Sequence record: DRR378314_947
Direction: 5' to 3' (one strand)
DNA: 51,978 bases
A program made the position numbers and the translations under genes. Below the pieces are notes generated by a model. That model was not told where the DNA came from. It saw nothing but the letters and a program-made list of their open reading frames with translations, and searched no databases. Positions within the stretch are counted from its first letter, which is position 1, and each line of letters starts with the position of its first letter. Positions 29,803 to 39,034 of this stretch are shown one piece after another.

Positions 29803-32511
29803 ATGACTGAAACACCGCTGCTAGATCATACCGTTAGCGCGTTTTTGAACTGGTGCAGTCTGGATGAAACCGACCTCTCAGGTGGGTTAAAAATCCTTGC
29901 ACAGCAATTTGGCGTCACTGGCATTGTTGCCAGTGTTCTGAACAAGCCTGAGCAGGGTCTGCTTCAAAGCTGGCAGTTTCCTCAATCAGCAACAGCGGAC
30001 CTTCGAGATCTGGCTCACCAATATTTGCTCGATCAAGCTGACACCTACACGCAGGAGCCGCAGGTGCGCAGCTACCCTCTCGGCAGCTATCACGCCAAAT
30101 CCTTTTCCCATCAGGATCAAAGCGGCACTCATGTTTATGACATTACCCTCTATTCAGAGCAGGAACTTGATGTCACCGGCGCCGAAATTCTGTTTCTCAA
30201 AATGGCTTGCCAGGCGCTGTTGCAAAAAATGCGTGAACAAATAGCGCCGGATAATAAAGTCGCAGCGATGATTGTCGAAGCTTTCAACGCCTTAGATGAC
30301 GCGGTTATTGTCTTTGATCCGGATCTCAATGTCATCGCCTTCAATGAACGCCAGCGAAGCCTCTTTCCGTCAGTCTCCAGTGCCATCTCTGTTGGGGTCT
30401 CTTACGATCGGATTTTGCGAAAACAGCTGGAGGTGAACCCACTCAGCATTCCACCAGAGGAACATGAAGCCTGGATCCAAGCACGGAAAACTCGATTGCG
30501 CCAGGAAACTTATCGGGAAGAACAGAAATTTGGCTCTGGTGAAACAATCCGCCTGACCAGCCACAAAACACCATCCGGCGGTGCGGTCACTTTAAGAAGC
30601 AATATCACAGAGTTGGTCGCAGCCCGGCAACAAGCTTTCGAGAATGAACAGCTTTTCCGCGCCTTGCTGATCGGTGCCCCTATCGCCCTTGTGATTATTT
30701 CCGACACCGAAATTCTGTATGCCAATGCCACAGCCGAAGACTTTCTGGATGCCGAGGAAGGCCAGCTTGTCGGGATGGGATTTGCAGAAATCAGTCCGGA
30801 TCTGGAATTTCGAAAATCTATCGTCAATCAGGTCAAAGAATACGGTCATCAGGATTTTCTGGAACACGAACTGGTTTCCCTGCAAGGGCGGGTTAAGAAA
30901 AGTATGATGTCCGTTCGCACCATCACCTTTGAAGGAACATCGGCCTATTTTGTGTCCTTCATCGATTTTACCGAACTGGTTGAAACTCAAACCGCCCTGC
31001 GCCTCAGTGAACAGCAAAACCGGAACCTTCTGGAAATGGTTCCCGAAGCCCTGATTGTGCAGGTTGACGGCATTATCAAATATGTTAATCCCGCAGCTGC
31101 CCTCATTTTCAATGCGAAAAGCGTCGATGACATGATCGGCAAACCCAGTCTGGAGCTGGCAGCCCCGGAAATTCGCGATACCGTCCTGCAATTTCGATCC
31201 CAGACGCTGTCCTCCGGCGCGCCTGATATGATCCGCGCCAAACATGTCAGATATACCGGGGAGGTTTTTCTTTCCGAAATATTCTCACAATCGGTGACCT
31301 GGAACGGTAAAAAAGGAACGCTCAGCTTCATTCGCGATCTCAATACACAGATCGAATATGAACAAAAACTTATTCGCAATGAAAACGAGATGCAATTGGC
31401 TCAAACCATCGGTCAGTTTGGCCACTGGCGAATAGATCCAGACTCCTCTGAAATTTACTGGTCCGATGAATTATTCCGCATCCATGGGTTGGAACCCAGT
31501 ACACCTAAAATCCCGCTTGCCTATGCTGCGTCCTTCATTCATGAGGAAGACCAGCCAAAACTCAGAAAAATTCTAAAGCAGGTATTGGAAAAGGGCGAAG
31601 CCCAGGATTATCACACACGGGTTGTGCGGGCTGATGGTCAGCTCCGTTATGTTGAAGGCAAAGTTCACCCCACGTTTGACAGCGACGGCAATGTTACCGA
31701 AGTCTTTGGTGTTTCACAGGACGTAACGGACCGTTTTGAGCTGGAAAACCGCCTCAAACAGTCCCAGAAGATGGAAGCCATTGGCCAGTTAACCGGCGGC
31801 ATTGCCCATGACTTTAACAATTTGCTCGCAGTGATCCTCGGCAACGCCGAATTGCTACTCGAAGCCCTCCCCGAGGAAGCGCATCAGCAGAAAACCCATA
31901 TCCACTCGATCCTCAACGCAGCGGAGCGTGGAAGTGATCTCACCATGAACATGCTGGCCTTTGGCCGAACTCAGATGCTCAAACCGCAAAACCTTAACCT
32001 CAATGATCATGTTCATAAAATGGTTCAGGTCCTGAACCGCACACTGGAAGAAAATATTGAAATCAAAGAAAATATCACCTGTGACCTTTGGACCTGCAAA
32101 GCAGATCCCGGACAGCTTGAAAATGCGATTTTGAATATTGCGATTAATGCCCGGGACGCCATGCCTAACGGCGGCAAAATCACGTTTCGATCGGCCAATG
32201 TCTATCTGGATGGCACCGATACAATGGATGACGAGAAACCAGAACCCGGCGATTATGTCTGCCTCAGCGTCTCAGATACCGGCGCTGGCATCCCAAAAGA
32301 TCAGCTTCCCCATGTGTTCGAACCGTTCTTTACCACCAAAGAGGTTGGCAAAGGGACCGGTCTTGGCCTTTCCATGGTCTATGGCTTTGTCAAACAGTCC
32401 AAAGGTTATCTGCAAATCAAGACAACCCCTGGCCAAGGCACTCAGATCAGCTTCTATTTCCCGCGCCTGAGGGTGCAAGAGAACCTGAAAAAATCTGCGA
32501 AAATACACTAA
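29803..32511 (+). CDS. Cytoplasmic multi-PAS sensor histidine kinase (no receiver domain)
   Basis: ~4 PAS/PAC domains, QKMEAIGQLTGGIAHDFNNLL, NARDAM, FEPFFTTK..GKGTGLGL. Confidence 0.92.
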   Translation: MTETPLLDHTVSAFLNWCSLDETDLSGGLKILAQQFGVTGIVASVLNKPEQGLLQSWQFPQSATADLRDLAHQYLLDQADTYTQEPQVRSYPLGSYHAKSFSHQDQSGTHVYDITLYSEQELDVTGAEILFLKMACQALLQKMREQIAPDNKVAAMIVEAFNALDDAVIVFDPDLNVIAFNERQRSLFPSVSSAISVGVSYDRILRKQLEVNPLSIPPEEHEAWIQARKTRLRQETYREEQKFGSGETIRLTSHKTPSGGAVTLRSNITELVAARQQAFENEQLFRALLIGAPIALVIISDTEILYANATAEDFLDAEEGQLVGMGFAEISPDLEFRKSIVNQVKEYGHQDFLEHELVSLQGRVKKSMMSVRTITFEGTSAYFVSFIDFTELVETQTALRLSEQQNRNLLEMVPEALIVQVDGIIKYVNPAAALIFNAKSVDDMIGKPSLELAAPEIRDTVLQFRSQTLSSGAPDMIRAKHVRYTGEVFLSEIFSQSVTWNGKKGTLSFIRDLNTQIEYEQKLIRNENEMQLAQTIGQFGHWRIDPDSSEIYWSDELFRIHGLEPSTPKIPLAYAASFIHEEDQPKLRKILKQVLEKGEAQDYHTRVVRADGQLRYVEGKVHPTFDSDGNVTEVFGVSQDVTDRFELENRLKQSQKMEAIGQLTGGIAHDFNNLLAVILGNAELLLEALPEEAHQQKTHIHSILNAAERGSDLTMNMLAFGRTQMLKPQNLNLNDHVHKMVQVLNRTLEENIEIKENITCDLWTCKADPGQLENAILNIAINARDAMPNGGKITFRSANVYLDGTDTMDDEKPEPGDYVCLSVSDTGAGIPKDQLPHVFEPFFTTKEVGKGTGLGLSMVYGFVKQSKGYLQIKTTPGQGTQISFYFPRLRVQENLKKSAKIH

Positions 32512-32524
32512 TCAATTCGGGTCT

Positions 32525-33793
32525 TCACCGTTCAGGGGGTTTCCAGTCACTGTCTTCAGTTGATTTCCCCCGATCAATTCGAAGGGCAAGCCCAATCGCG
32601 ACGCCAACGCCAATGGCAACTGTTAAATCAATCAACACTGTCAGCCCCAATGTAATCAGAAGAAGGATTCTATCGCTGATCCGCGATCTGGCATAATCGC
32701 CCCATCGGTGCGGCTCACTCATATTCCAGGCAGTCAGGATCAATAAAGCGGCCAGGGACGGCAGTGCCATATAACCCGCCAACGGGGCAGCCAATAGCAT
32801 TATGAGGAAAATAGTCGCTGCGTGAACCAATCCCGCAACTGGCGTTTTGCCGCCCGCCCGAATATTGGTTGCCGTTCTGGCAATTGCCCCGGTTGCCGGC
32901 AGCCCCCCACAAAACGCCGAGGCCATATTGGCAACCCCTTGAGCGGTCAATTCAGCGTTGGGACGATGGTGCCCGGCAATCATACGATCCGCGACCATGG
33001 CCGATAGCAAAGATTCAATCCCCGCCAGAAACGCAATAATCACTGCCGAAGGAAACAGCTCAATAATCCGATCGAATGTGATGATCGGTAGCGTAAAATC
33101 CGGAATCCCAAATTGCAGCTCGCCAAATCGGGACTGGATTGTTTCTACAGGCAACTCAAATAGATATACGCCTGCTGACGTCAGGGCAATGGCCACAACC
33201 AGTCCTGGAAATCGCGGAGCGATCCGCCGCGCACCAACAATCAACAGCATCGTCGCAAGTGCTACCATTAAGGAGCTCAGGCTTAAACTATCAGAAGCGT
33301 TGAGTAATAGAGGAACTTTCTCCACAAAATCGGCGGGAAGCTCTTCAATTTTCAATCCTAAGAAATCTTTCAACTGACTGGTTGCAATGATAATGGCAAT
33401 GCCAATGGTAAACCCGTTTACCACAGCCTCAGGAATATGAGATATCAGGTTGCCGATCCGAAAATAGCCTGCGATCAGAAGTAAAATTCCAGCCATAAAG
33501 GTTGCGATCACCAGACCGTCATACCCGTGATTGGCAATGACCCCAAACACAACAACAATAAATGCACCCGTTGGACCGCCAATCTGAACCCGACTACCGC
33601 CTAATGCAGATATGATAAATCCAGCGACCACCGCTGTGACAATTCCTGTAGACGGACTTGCACCTGAGGCAATGGCAATGGCGAGGCTCAAAGGCAGCGC
33701 AACCATTGCAACGGTTATTCCGGCAATCAGGTCGGCAAGAAATTGGGTTTTGTCATATGTCTTCAGTGTTGAAAGTATCTTGGGCTGGCGCAT
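32525..33793 (-). CDS. SulP/SLC26 anion transporter lacking the STAS domain
   Basis: DLIAGITVAMVALPL, GGSRVQIGGPTGAF, ESLLSA, PATGAIART. Start at ATG 33793. Confidence 0.92.
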   Translation of the reverse strand: MRQPKILSTLKTYDKTQFLADLIAGITVAMVALPLSLAIAIASGASPSTGIVTAVVAGFIISALGGSRVQIGGPTGAFIVVVFGVIANHGYDGLVIATFMAGILLLIAGYFRIGNLISHIPEAVVNGFTIGIAIIIATSQLKDFLGLKIEELPADFVEKVPLLLNASDSLSLSSLMVALATMLLIVGARRIAPRFPGLVVAIALTSAGVYLFELPVETIQSRFGELQFGIPDFTLPIITFDRIIELFPSAVIIAFLAGIESLLSAMVADRMIAGHHRPNAELTAQGVANMASAFCGGLPATGAIARTATNIRAGGKTPVAGLVHAATIFLIMLLAAPLAGYMALPSLAALLILTAWNMSEPHRWGDYARSRISDRILLLITLGLTVLIDLTVAIGVGVAIGLALRIDRGKSTEDSDWKPPER

Positions 33794-33931
33794 GACGGCA
33801 TATTTATGTTTGCGTTTAAAACTTGGACAGCAAGGGAGGGTTGAGAGAAACATCCAAGGGTTTGAACCTGAGTCTAAACCTGCCACGATGCTAAAGGAAA
33901 GACTAAAATTCCGATCCGCTGTCTCTCCTCT

Positions 33932-34120
33932 TTACCCAAGGAAAGTCAGATGATTATCCCATGCCCCTTCAAGCTGGTGTTTATGGACATTGAGGTCTTC
34001 TCTAATCATCCCATCTCCGGAACTGAGCACAAAGGGAGTCTGACTGGGGCAATGCCGCAGACGCCTTCGATCTGCCGAGCGTCAATCCCGCCTATATCTT
34101 CACCATCCAAGACAAGCAGC
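33932..34120 (-). pseudogene. Frameshifted 3' remnant of a DUF1513 gene
   Basis: Encodes LLVLDGEDIGGIDARQIEGVCGI/(1-nt deletion)/PSQTPFVLSSGDGM...HQLEGAWDNHLTFLG*, homologous to the C-terminus of 35254..36342. Confidence 0.9.
33950..34118 (+). repeat. Diverged direct repeat, copy A (copy B at 35272-35441)
   Basis: Manual alignment gives about 142/170 identical columns; the first 24 nt (ATGATTATCCCATGCCCCTTCAAG) are identical. Confidence 0.92.
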
Positions 34121-34140
34121 AGTTGCCTAGGAAAAAACAA

Positions 34141-34169
34141 TTGACTATCTCTATAAATAACAGTTTAAT
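34141..34169 (+). promoter_or_regulatory. Sigma70-type promoter of the methyltransferase-tetR cassette
   Basis: TTGACT-17 nt-TTTAAT, then an AT-rich stretch and GGAG RBS. Confidence 0.55.
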
Positions 34170-34211
34170 AATAATTAATAATTTTTATCTTTTATTATTT
34201 CGGAGATTGAA

Positions 34212-34658
34212 ATGACACGCCTTATCCCCCCATTCCTATTCCTTTTTCTGCTGTGTTCATTAGGTTTTCTTTTCCTGCTCCACCCCGAAAATCTCTATCT
34301 TGTGGACAGTCGTCATACCTTACCGTGGTATGTTCCGCTTGCCTTGGGAATAGCAATACTGATCTGGGCGCGCTTGCACTTCAAAACTAAACAAGCAGAG
34401 ATCCATACATTCCGGCACCCAAATTCTCTGATCACGGACGGCCCGTTTCGGTTCAGCCGAAACCCGATGTATCTTGCCTTCACCCTTATTCTTTGCGGTG
34501 CGGCTTTCTTTGTGAATACTTGGTGTGCACTGGTAGTGCCCATTGCCTTTTTTCTGGTCTCGGCATATTGGTATATTCCATATGAGGAGCGAAACCTGCG
34601 AGACATCTTCGGCTCTGCTTTTGATGACTACGCTTTGCAAACCAGAAGGTGGATATGA
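34212..34658 (+). CDS. Isoprenylcysteine carboxyl methyltransferase / PEMT-family membrane protein
   Basis: LITDGPFRFSRNPMY, IPYEERNL..FG..F..Y...TRRWI. Confidence 0.9.
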   Translation: MTRLIPPFLFLFLLCSLGFLFLLHPENLYLVDSRHTLPWYVPLALGIAILIWARLHFKTKQAEIHTFRHPNSLITDGPFRFSRNPMYLAFTLILCGAAFFVNTWCALVVPIAFFLVSAYWYIPYEERNLRDIFGSAFDDYALQTRRWI

Positions 34659-35234
34659 GTGGCAAGACCCAGAATAAACAAAGATGAGGTTAGAAATCGC
34701 CTGATTGAAGCAGCTGAAAAAATACTGAAAGAGTCAAAAGGCCGCCGGTTAATTCTATCAGATATCGCACTCCATGTGGGCATATCACAATCTTACGCCC
34801 ACCAGTTTTTTCCAACCAAAGCTGATCTCGTAAGGGCTTTGGCCCTTCGATGGTTCGCAGAGGTTGAGAAAACCTCTCGCCTCGCGCTAGAGGCTGACTG
34901 CTCAGCGGATCAGCGCCTGCGCGCGTGGGTCCTGAATATTCTAAGGCTCAAACGGGATCGCTATGACGACAACCCTGTCCTGTTTGATGCCTATCTTGAT
35001 CTGGCTGCCAAACATATGGACCTCATCCAAACCCATACACAACGCTTGCATTCGGATCTTGAACAGATCGTCTCTGATTTCCAGTCGGTCAAGGACGTAA
35101 AACAAGCAACACTTCTCATCGAGGATGCAACGCTTCTGTTTCGGATCCCGCACAATATTTCCCGCTTTCGTCAATCTGTCACTGACGATCGTGCAAACGC
35201 TGTGGTTGATATGCTGATCTCTTTTCTACACTGA
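34659..35234 (+). CDS. TetR/AcrR family regulator
   Basis: MARP..., LSDIALHVGISQSYAHQFFPTKADL HTH. Confidence 0.9.
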   Translation: MARPRINKDEVRNRLIEAAEKILKESKGRRLILSDIALHVGISQSYAHQFFPTKADLVRALALRWFAEVEKTSRLALEADCSADQRLRAWVLNILRLKRDRYDDNPVLFDAYLDLAAKHMDLIQTHTQRLHSDLEQIVSDFQSVKDVKQATLLIEDATLLFRIPHNISRFRQSVTDDRANAVVDMLISFLH

Positions 35235-35253
35235 ACACCGTTTGGAGATCGAT

Positions 35254-36342
35254 CTAAATCAGCGGCGTTAAATGATTATCCCATGCCCCTTCAAGTTGGT
35301 GTTTTTGGGCATTGAGACCTGACGTGAACATCCCATCCCCGGAACTGAACACAAAGGAAGTCTGGGTGGGACCAATGCCGCAGACATCTTCGATCTGCCG
35401 GGCGTCCAGCACGCCCAGATCCTCACCATCCAGGACAAGCAACCGTCCTCCCCGGGGGCTGGAAATGGCAACTTTTGTATGGTCCAGATTACTCATCACC
35501 GATCCGACATAGTGCCGAAGGGACCCCGCTTCACCGGCTGGCAGGGCAATAAATTCCAACGCTGGACTGCGCCAGCGCTTAACCCCGATCAGCGGAACCT
35601 GATCCCGTTTACTGCCCTGATACTGACAGCCAAAAATAATCGAACGGTTGGGCCCCTCTGTCAGGTGCCGCAAGGACAGTTTATGAAGCTCCTCCGGCAC
35701 AGGATAATGGGCCAGAACCCTGCCCGCCTGAATATCCACATAGGTAAGGCCCGGGGCCATGCTCGGAATGTTGAGTTTCTGGCGCGGATAATCGGGGTGG
35801 GTGGAAATGCCGCCAATGGCAACAACCGCTGTGCGCCGATCAGACATCAGCACCACCTGATGGGCCCCAATGCCCTGACAGTTGATTTGCCCTACCGGGC
35901 GAAACCCTTGTTCTACCTCATAAATTCCCAGATAACTCTGATCTGCCTCATAGTCATTTTCTGTGGCATATAGAAATTGTCCATCCGGAGAATAAAACCC
36001 GTGACCAAAAAAATGGCGCCCTGCCCGGCACTGAAATTCACCGATCTGGCGGTTGCTTTTCGTGGACAGGACAGTGGCAAAATTTCCCGGCCGCCGGGCA
36101 AACAGGATGGCTTCCTGCCGCCGGGCACTAAACGCGCCGCCATGGCCACGCCCCGGAATTTCCACAGATAGCCGGACCTCTCCTTCATCGCTGATGAGGG
36201 TGGCAAATTGCCGGCCTCGCAGTTGCCGACTGGACAGGTACATGTGATCCTGGCGTGCCAGAACCGGTGCTACCGGCATCAGGCCAACCGCTGACGCTGC
36301 GGCAAACCCGCCAAGGAGCCTGCGCCGGTTAATCGCCATCAA
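35254..36342 (-). CDS. DUF1513 family protein (Tat-exported, beta-propeller-like)
   Basis: Tat signal NRRRLL; RGH, ARRPG, GRHFFGHG, LYATENDY, LSLRHL, WDNHL. Confidence 0.92.
   Translation of the reverse strand: MMAINRRRLLGGFAAASAVGLMPVAPVLARQDHMYLSSRQLRGRQFATLISDEGEVRLSVEIPGRGHGGAFSARRQEAILFARRPGNFATVLSTKSNRQIGEFQCRAGRHFFGHGFYSPDGQFLYATENDYEADQSYLGIYEVEQGFRPVGQINCQGIGAHQVVLMSDRRTAVVAIGGISTHPDYPRQKLNIPSMAPGLTYVDIQAGRVLAHYPVPEELHKLSLRHLTEGPNRSIIFGCQYQGSKRDQVPLIGVKRWRSPALEFIALPAGEAGSLRHYVGSVMSNLDHTKVAISSPRGGRLLVLDGEDLGVLDARQIEDVCGIGPTQTSFVFSSGDGMFTSGLNAQKHQLEGAWDNHLTPLI
35272..35441 (+). repeat. Diverged direct repeat, copy B (inside the DUF1513 3' end)
   Basis: See copy A at 33950-34118. Confidence 0.92.
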
Positions 36343-37438
36343 GTGAGTTAAACCCGAGGCTAAGCCCCAATAACGCGGGGTAAATTTCTGAAAAAAGGCT
36401 CTCTGCCCCCTGCATGGGGATCGTCACATATCTGAGAAGCTCATAACTTTCCGGATCCTTGACCATCACGGACAAGGGTTGATCCTTCGCGATCAATTGG
36501 TGCAGGGTGGCTTTTATCTGCTTCATTTCAAACTGGAACTGATCTGCAGTTCCCTGATCATCTTCCGCCAATAAAGCCCGCAGTCCCAGGGCTTCATGCA
36601 ATTTCTCCAGGGACTGAAAGCCCGCCTGCAGGCTTTGCAACGTCATCTCGGATCGTCGGAACGGTGCCTTTTTCGGATTGGCGTTGAGACTGTCATCGCC
36701 AAGGACCGGCTGCAGTTTGATGGACTTGGCTATTTCGATAAACTCAACGGCAGATTTCAAAATCTCCCGTAGCACTTCATCGGAGCATCGATAGATCGGA
36801 TTATCCGCTGATGGGCTGCTCATCAACTCTTTATATCCATCCATCCCGACCCAGTTGGCGACGATCGTACCTGCCAGTTGTTCCAAATTTGCTGCCACGC
36901 CAGTGGCGTATGCACAGCGGCGCGCGCCTTTAGGGTTCGCCAGTTTTTCTGAATGCTTGCCAAACAGCAAAAACTCCAGCGCGGGCAATCCTTGAACGGC
37001 TACACTTTTCCCGCTGAAATCAGACAGGTTTTCGCCAGTGTCTTTTTCGGCTGCATACAGAAGTTTTTGCACCTGGCGCAAACCTCTGGAGCGCGGATCC
37101 GGCCAGAAGAAAATCTTTTCGAGCCGGTTCGCCTCGCGCACGGGTCCATAACGGATCGGCTCCGCCGCCGACCAGGCCAGCACCAAATCGCCGAACTGGG
37201 CGCGAATAACGGCCAGACCCGCCGCGGATGGTGCAGCACAAAACCGCTCCAGCTCCAAATTCAGGGTCTCCGCCTTGTGGTTCAGGTCGTGATAAACCGG
37301 CTCCACATACGCCTCAATAAAGGCTTTCGTCTGTGCTGAACTTAACTCGCTTGCGTTGGCAACTGTGCGGTCTGTCGCCAGCGAACCAGCCATCAAAACT
37401 GTGGATAAAGCCAACCAGCGGCAACTCTTTTGGATCAT
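36329..37438 (-). CDS. Imelysin-like periplasmic protein (GxxxxE type)
   Basis: Signal peptide; FFWPDPR, SVAVQGLPALEFLL, C-terminal LGFNSLDGD. Confidence 0.9.
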   Translation of the reverse strand: MIQKSCRWLALSTVLMAGSLATDRTVANASELSSAQTKAFIEAYVEPVYHDLNHKAETLNLELERFCAAPSAAGLAVIRAQFGDLVLAWSAAEPIRYGPVREANRLEKIFFWPDPRSRGLRQVQKLLYAAEKDTGENLSDFSGKSVAVQGLPALEFLLFGKHSEKLANPKGARRCAYATGVAANLEQLAGTIVANWVGMDGYKELMSSPSADNPIYRCSDEVLREILKSAVEFIEIAKSIKLQPVLGDDSLNANPKKAPFRRSEMTLQSLQAGFQSLEKLHEALGLRALLAEDDQGTADQFQFEMKQIKATLHQLIAKDQPLSVMVKDPESYELLRYVTIPMQGAESLFSEIYPALLGLSLGFNSLDGD

Positions 37439-38976
37439 TACAAGGACTCCAGAAAACGGATCAGGCGGGCACGTTCCGTTGGCTCCATCAACCGAAACTG
37501 TTCCTTGGCAGCCTCGGCCTCTCCCCCATGCCAGAGGATGGCTTCGGTCAGGTTTCGCGCGCGCCCATCATGTAGAAAATAGGTATGCCCATTGACCTCT
37601 TCTGTCAAACCAATCCCCCAAAGGGCGGGTGTTTTCCATTCTGTCCCACTGGCACTTCCCACCGGAAAGTGATCTGCAAGCCCCTCGCCCATGTCATGAA
37701 GCAGCAGATCCGTATAGGGCCAGATCAACTGGAAACGATGTTCTTTCTGCTCGGCTTTTCGGCTGGTGACATATTTCGGGGTATGGCAACTGGCGCAGCC
37801 CACCTCATAGAACAACGCCTTGCCTTTAAGAACCTCGCCATCGCTGAAATCCCGGCGCGCAGGTGGCGCCAGATTTTTGGAATAAAAGGTGACAAGCCCC
37901 AGCACAGGTTCCGGCGCTTCCACATCGCCCAGCCGCTTTTGAACGCCGGTTTTTTGATCAAAACAAGCCGTTTGAACAGCAGTACAGTCGCCAAAATGCC
38001 GGGGATCCAGGTCCGATGAAATTCCGATATCGCCAGCAAAAGCGCTGGCTGTTTGCTCCCGCACCGCTGGTGAGCCTGCTTTCCAGCCGAACCGGCCCAG
38101 ACGGCGCGGATTTGTTTTGCCATCACCGATCCAACTGGCCCGGCCGGATATCCCATCGCCATCGGCATCATCGGGGTCTTCGCGGGCAAGAATATCATCT
38201 ATATGGATGGCTTCAATTAACCCCAGCCCGATCATCTGCGGGGCTATCCTGGGGGACAGCCGAACATCTTTATGCATCGGCCCATATTCCAGATTGGCAA
38301 CAGAATAGGTCGGTTTGCGAAGCCGGGTCACCTCGCCGCCGGTCAACTCGACAGGGACCTCTTCATACGCAATGACCATTTTCCCTTCCGGCGGGAGTTC
38401 CGAAATCGCCAGATCCTGAAGCTGCCCACCATAGGTCGGCTCCTCAATCAGCGCCTTGGTGCCCGCCTGGATCAACGCTTCCTCTTCGGCTGTTTGCGGT
38501 TTGATCGACAGGCGCAAGAACATGGAAACGGCACTGTCCTGTAGACTTTCCGGAGGATGCCCCCGTCCGTCTTTCAAATGACAACGCTGACAGGACCGGG
38601 CATTAAACAGCGGGCCCAGACCATCGGATGCCGCCGTTGAGGAGGGGGAGGACACCCAAAGTTTGCGAAACAATCCATTGCCCAGCTTGAATTTCTGTTC
38701 ACCTTCGAAATTCAGATTGGCAGAGGATTGAGAAAAAGAATCCCGGCCAACCGAATGCAGGGTTGTCGCCGCCCCGCCCTGCATTTTTTCAAACTGTTCC
38801 GCTTTGGAGAAATCTTCTGTTGCCCGGGTAATCGCCGCCACTCGTGCTCGATCACGCGCACTTAAATCCTGACGGCTGGCATCTGCCGCCCAAGCGGCCG
38901 TCAAGGTTGATGACAGGGCCAAAAGGGCCATAACCAGCAGGGCACTTAAGACATAAATTTTTGGTTTCGTCATCAT
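37438..38976 (-). CDS. Di-heme oxidoreductase family protein (DHOR/DUF1111)
   Basis: Two CxxCH motifs (CQRCH, CASCH), DGLGPLFNA, GRFGWKA, PYTDLLLHDMG, LHDGRAR. Start at ~ATG 38976. Confidence 0.93.
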   Translation of the reverse strand: MMTKPKIYVLSALLVMALLALSSTLTAAWAADASRQDLSARDRARVAAITRATEDFSKAEQFEKMQGGAATTLHSVGRDSFSQSSANLNFEGEQKFKLGNGLFRKLWVSSPSSTAASDGLGPLFNARSCQRCHLKDGRGHPPESLQDSAVSMFLRLSIKPQTAEEEALIQAGTKALIEEPTYGGQLQDLAISELPPEGKMVIAYEEVPVELTGGEVTRLRKPTYSVANLEYGPMHKDVRLSPRIAPQMIGLGLIEAIHIDDILAREDPDDADGDGISGRASWIGDGKTNPRRLGRFGWKAGSPAVREQTASAFAGDIGISSDLDPRHFGDCTAVQTACFDQKTGVQKRLGDVEAPEPVLGLVTFYSKNLAPPARRDFSDGEVLKGKALFYEVGCASCHTPKYVTSRKAEQKEHRFQLIWPYTDLLLHDMGEGLADHFPVGSASGTEWKTPALWGIGLTEEVNGHTYFLHDGRARNLTEAILWHGGEAEAAKEQFRLMEPTERARLIRFLESL

Positions 38977-39001
38977 AAGGTTGCTCAGGCCGCGGGATGG
39001 A

Positions 39002-39024
39002 GGGTGGCGACATCGCCGCCACCC
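39002..39024. other. Intercistronic hairpin after the first imelysin gene
   Basis: GGGTGGCG-acatcgc-CGCCACCC; may stabilise the upstream mRNA or partially terminate transcription. Confidence 0.55.
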
Positions 39025-39034
39025 GCACTCTATT

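Noticed and set aside
33794-33931. Possible nhaA-I-type riboswitch upstream of sulP (CGTGGCAGGTTT on the - strand)
   Set aside because: The conserved 3' GGTCGGGCCGCC-like segment that I recall for this motif is absent. An Infernal search would settle it.
33950-34144. 64-aa + strand ORF
   Set aside because: It is the antisense reading of the DUF1513 remnant.
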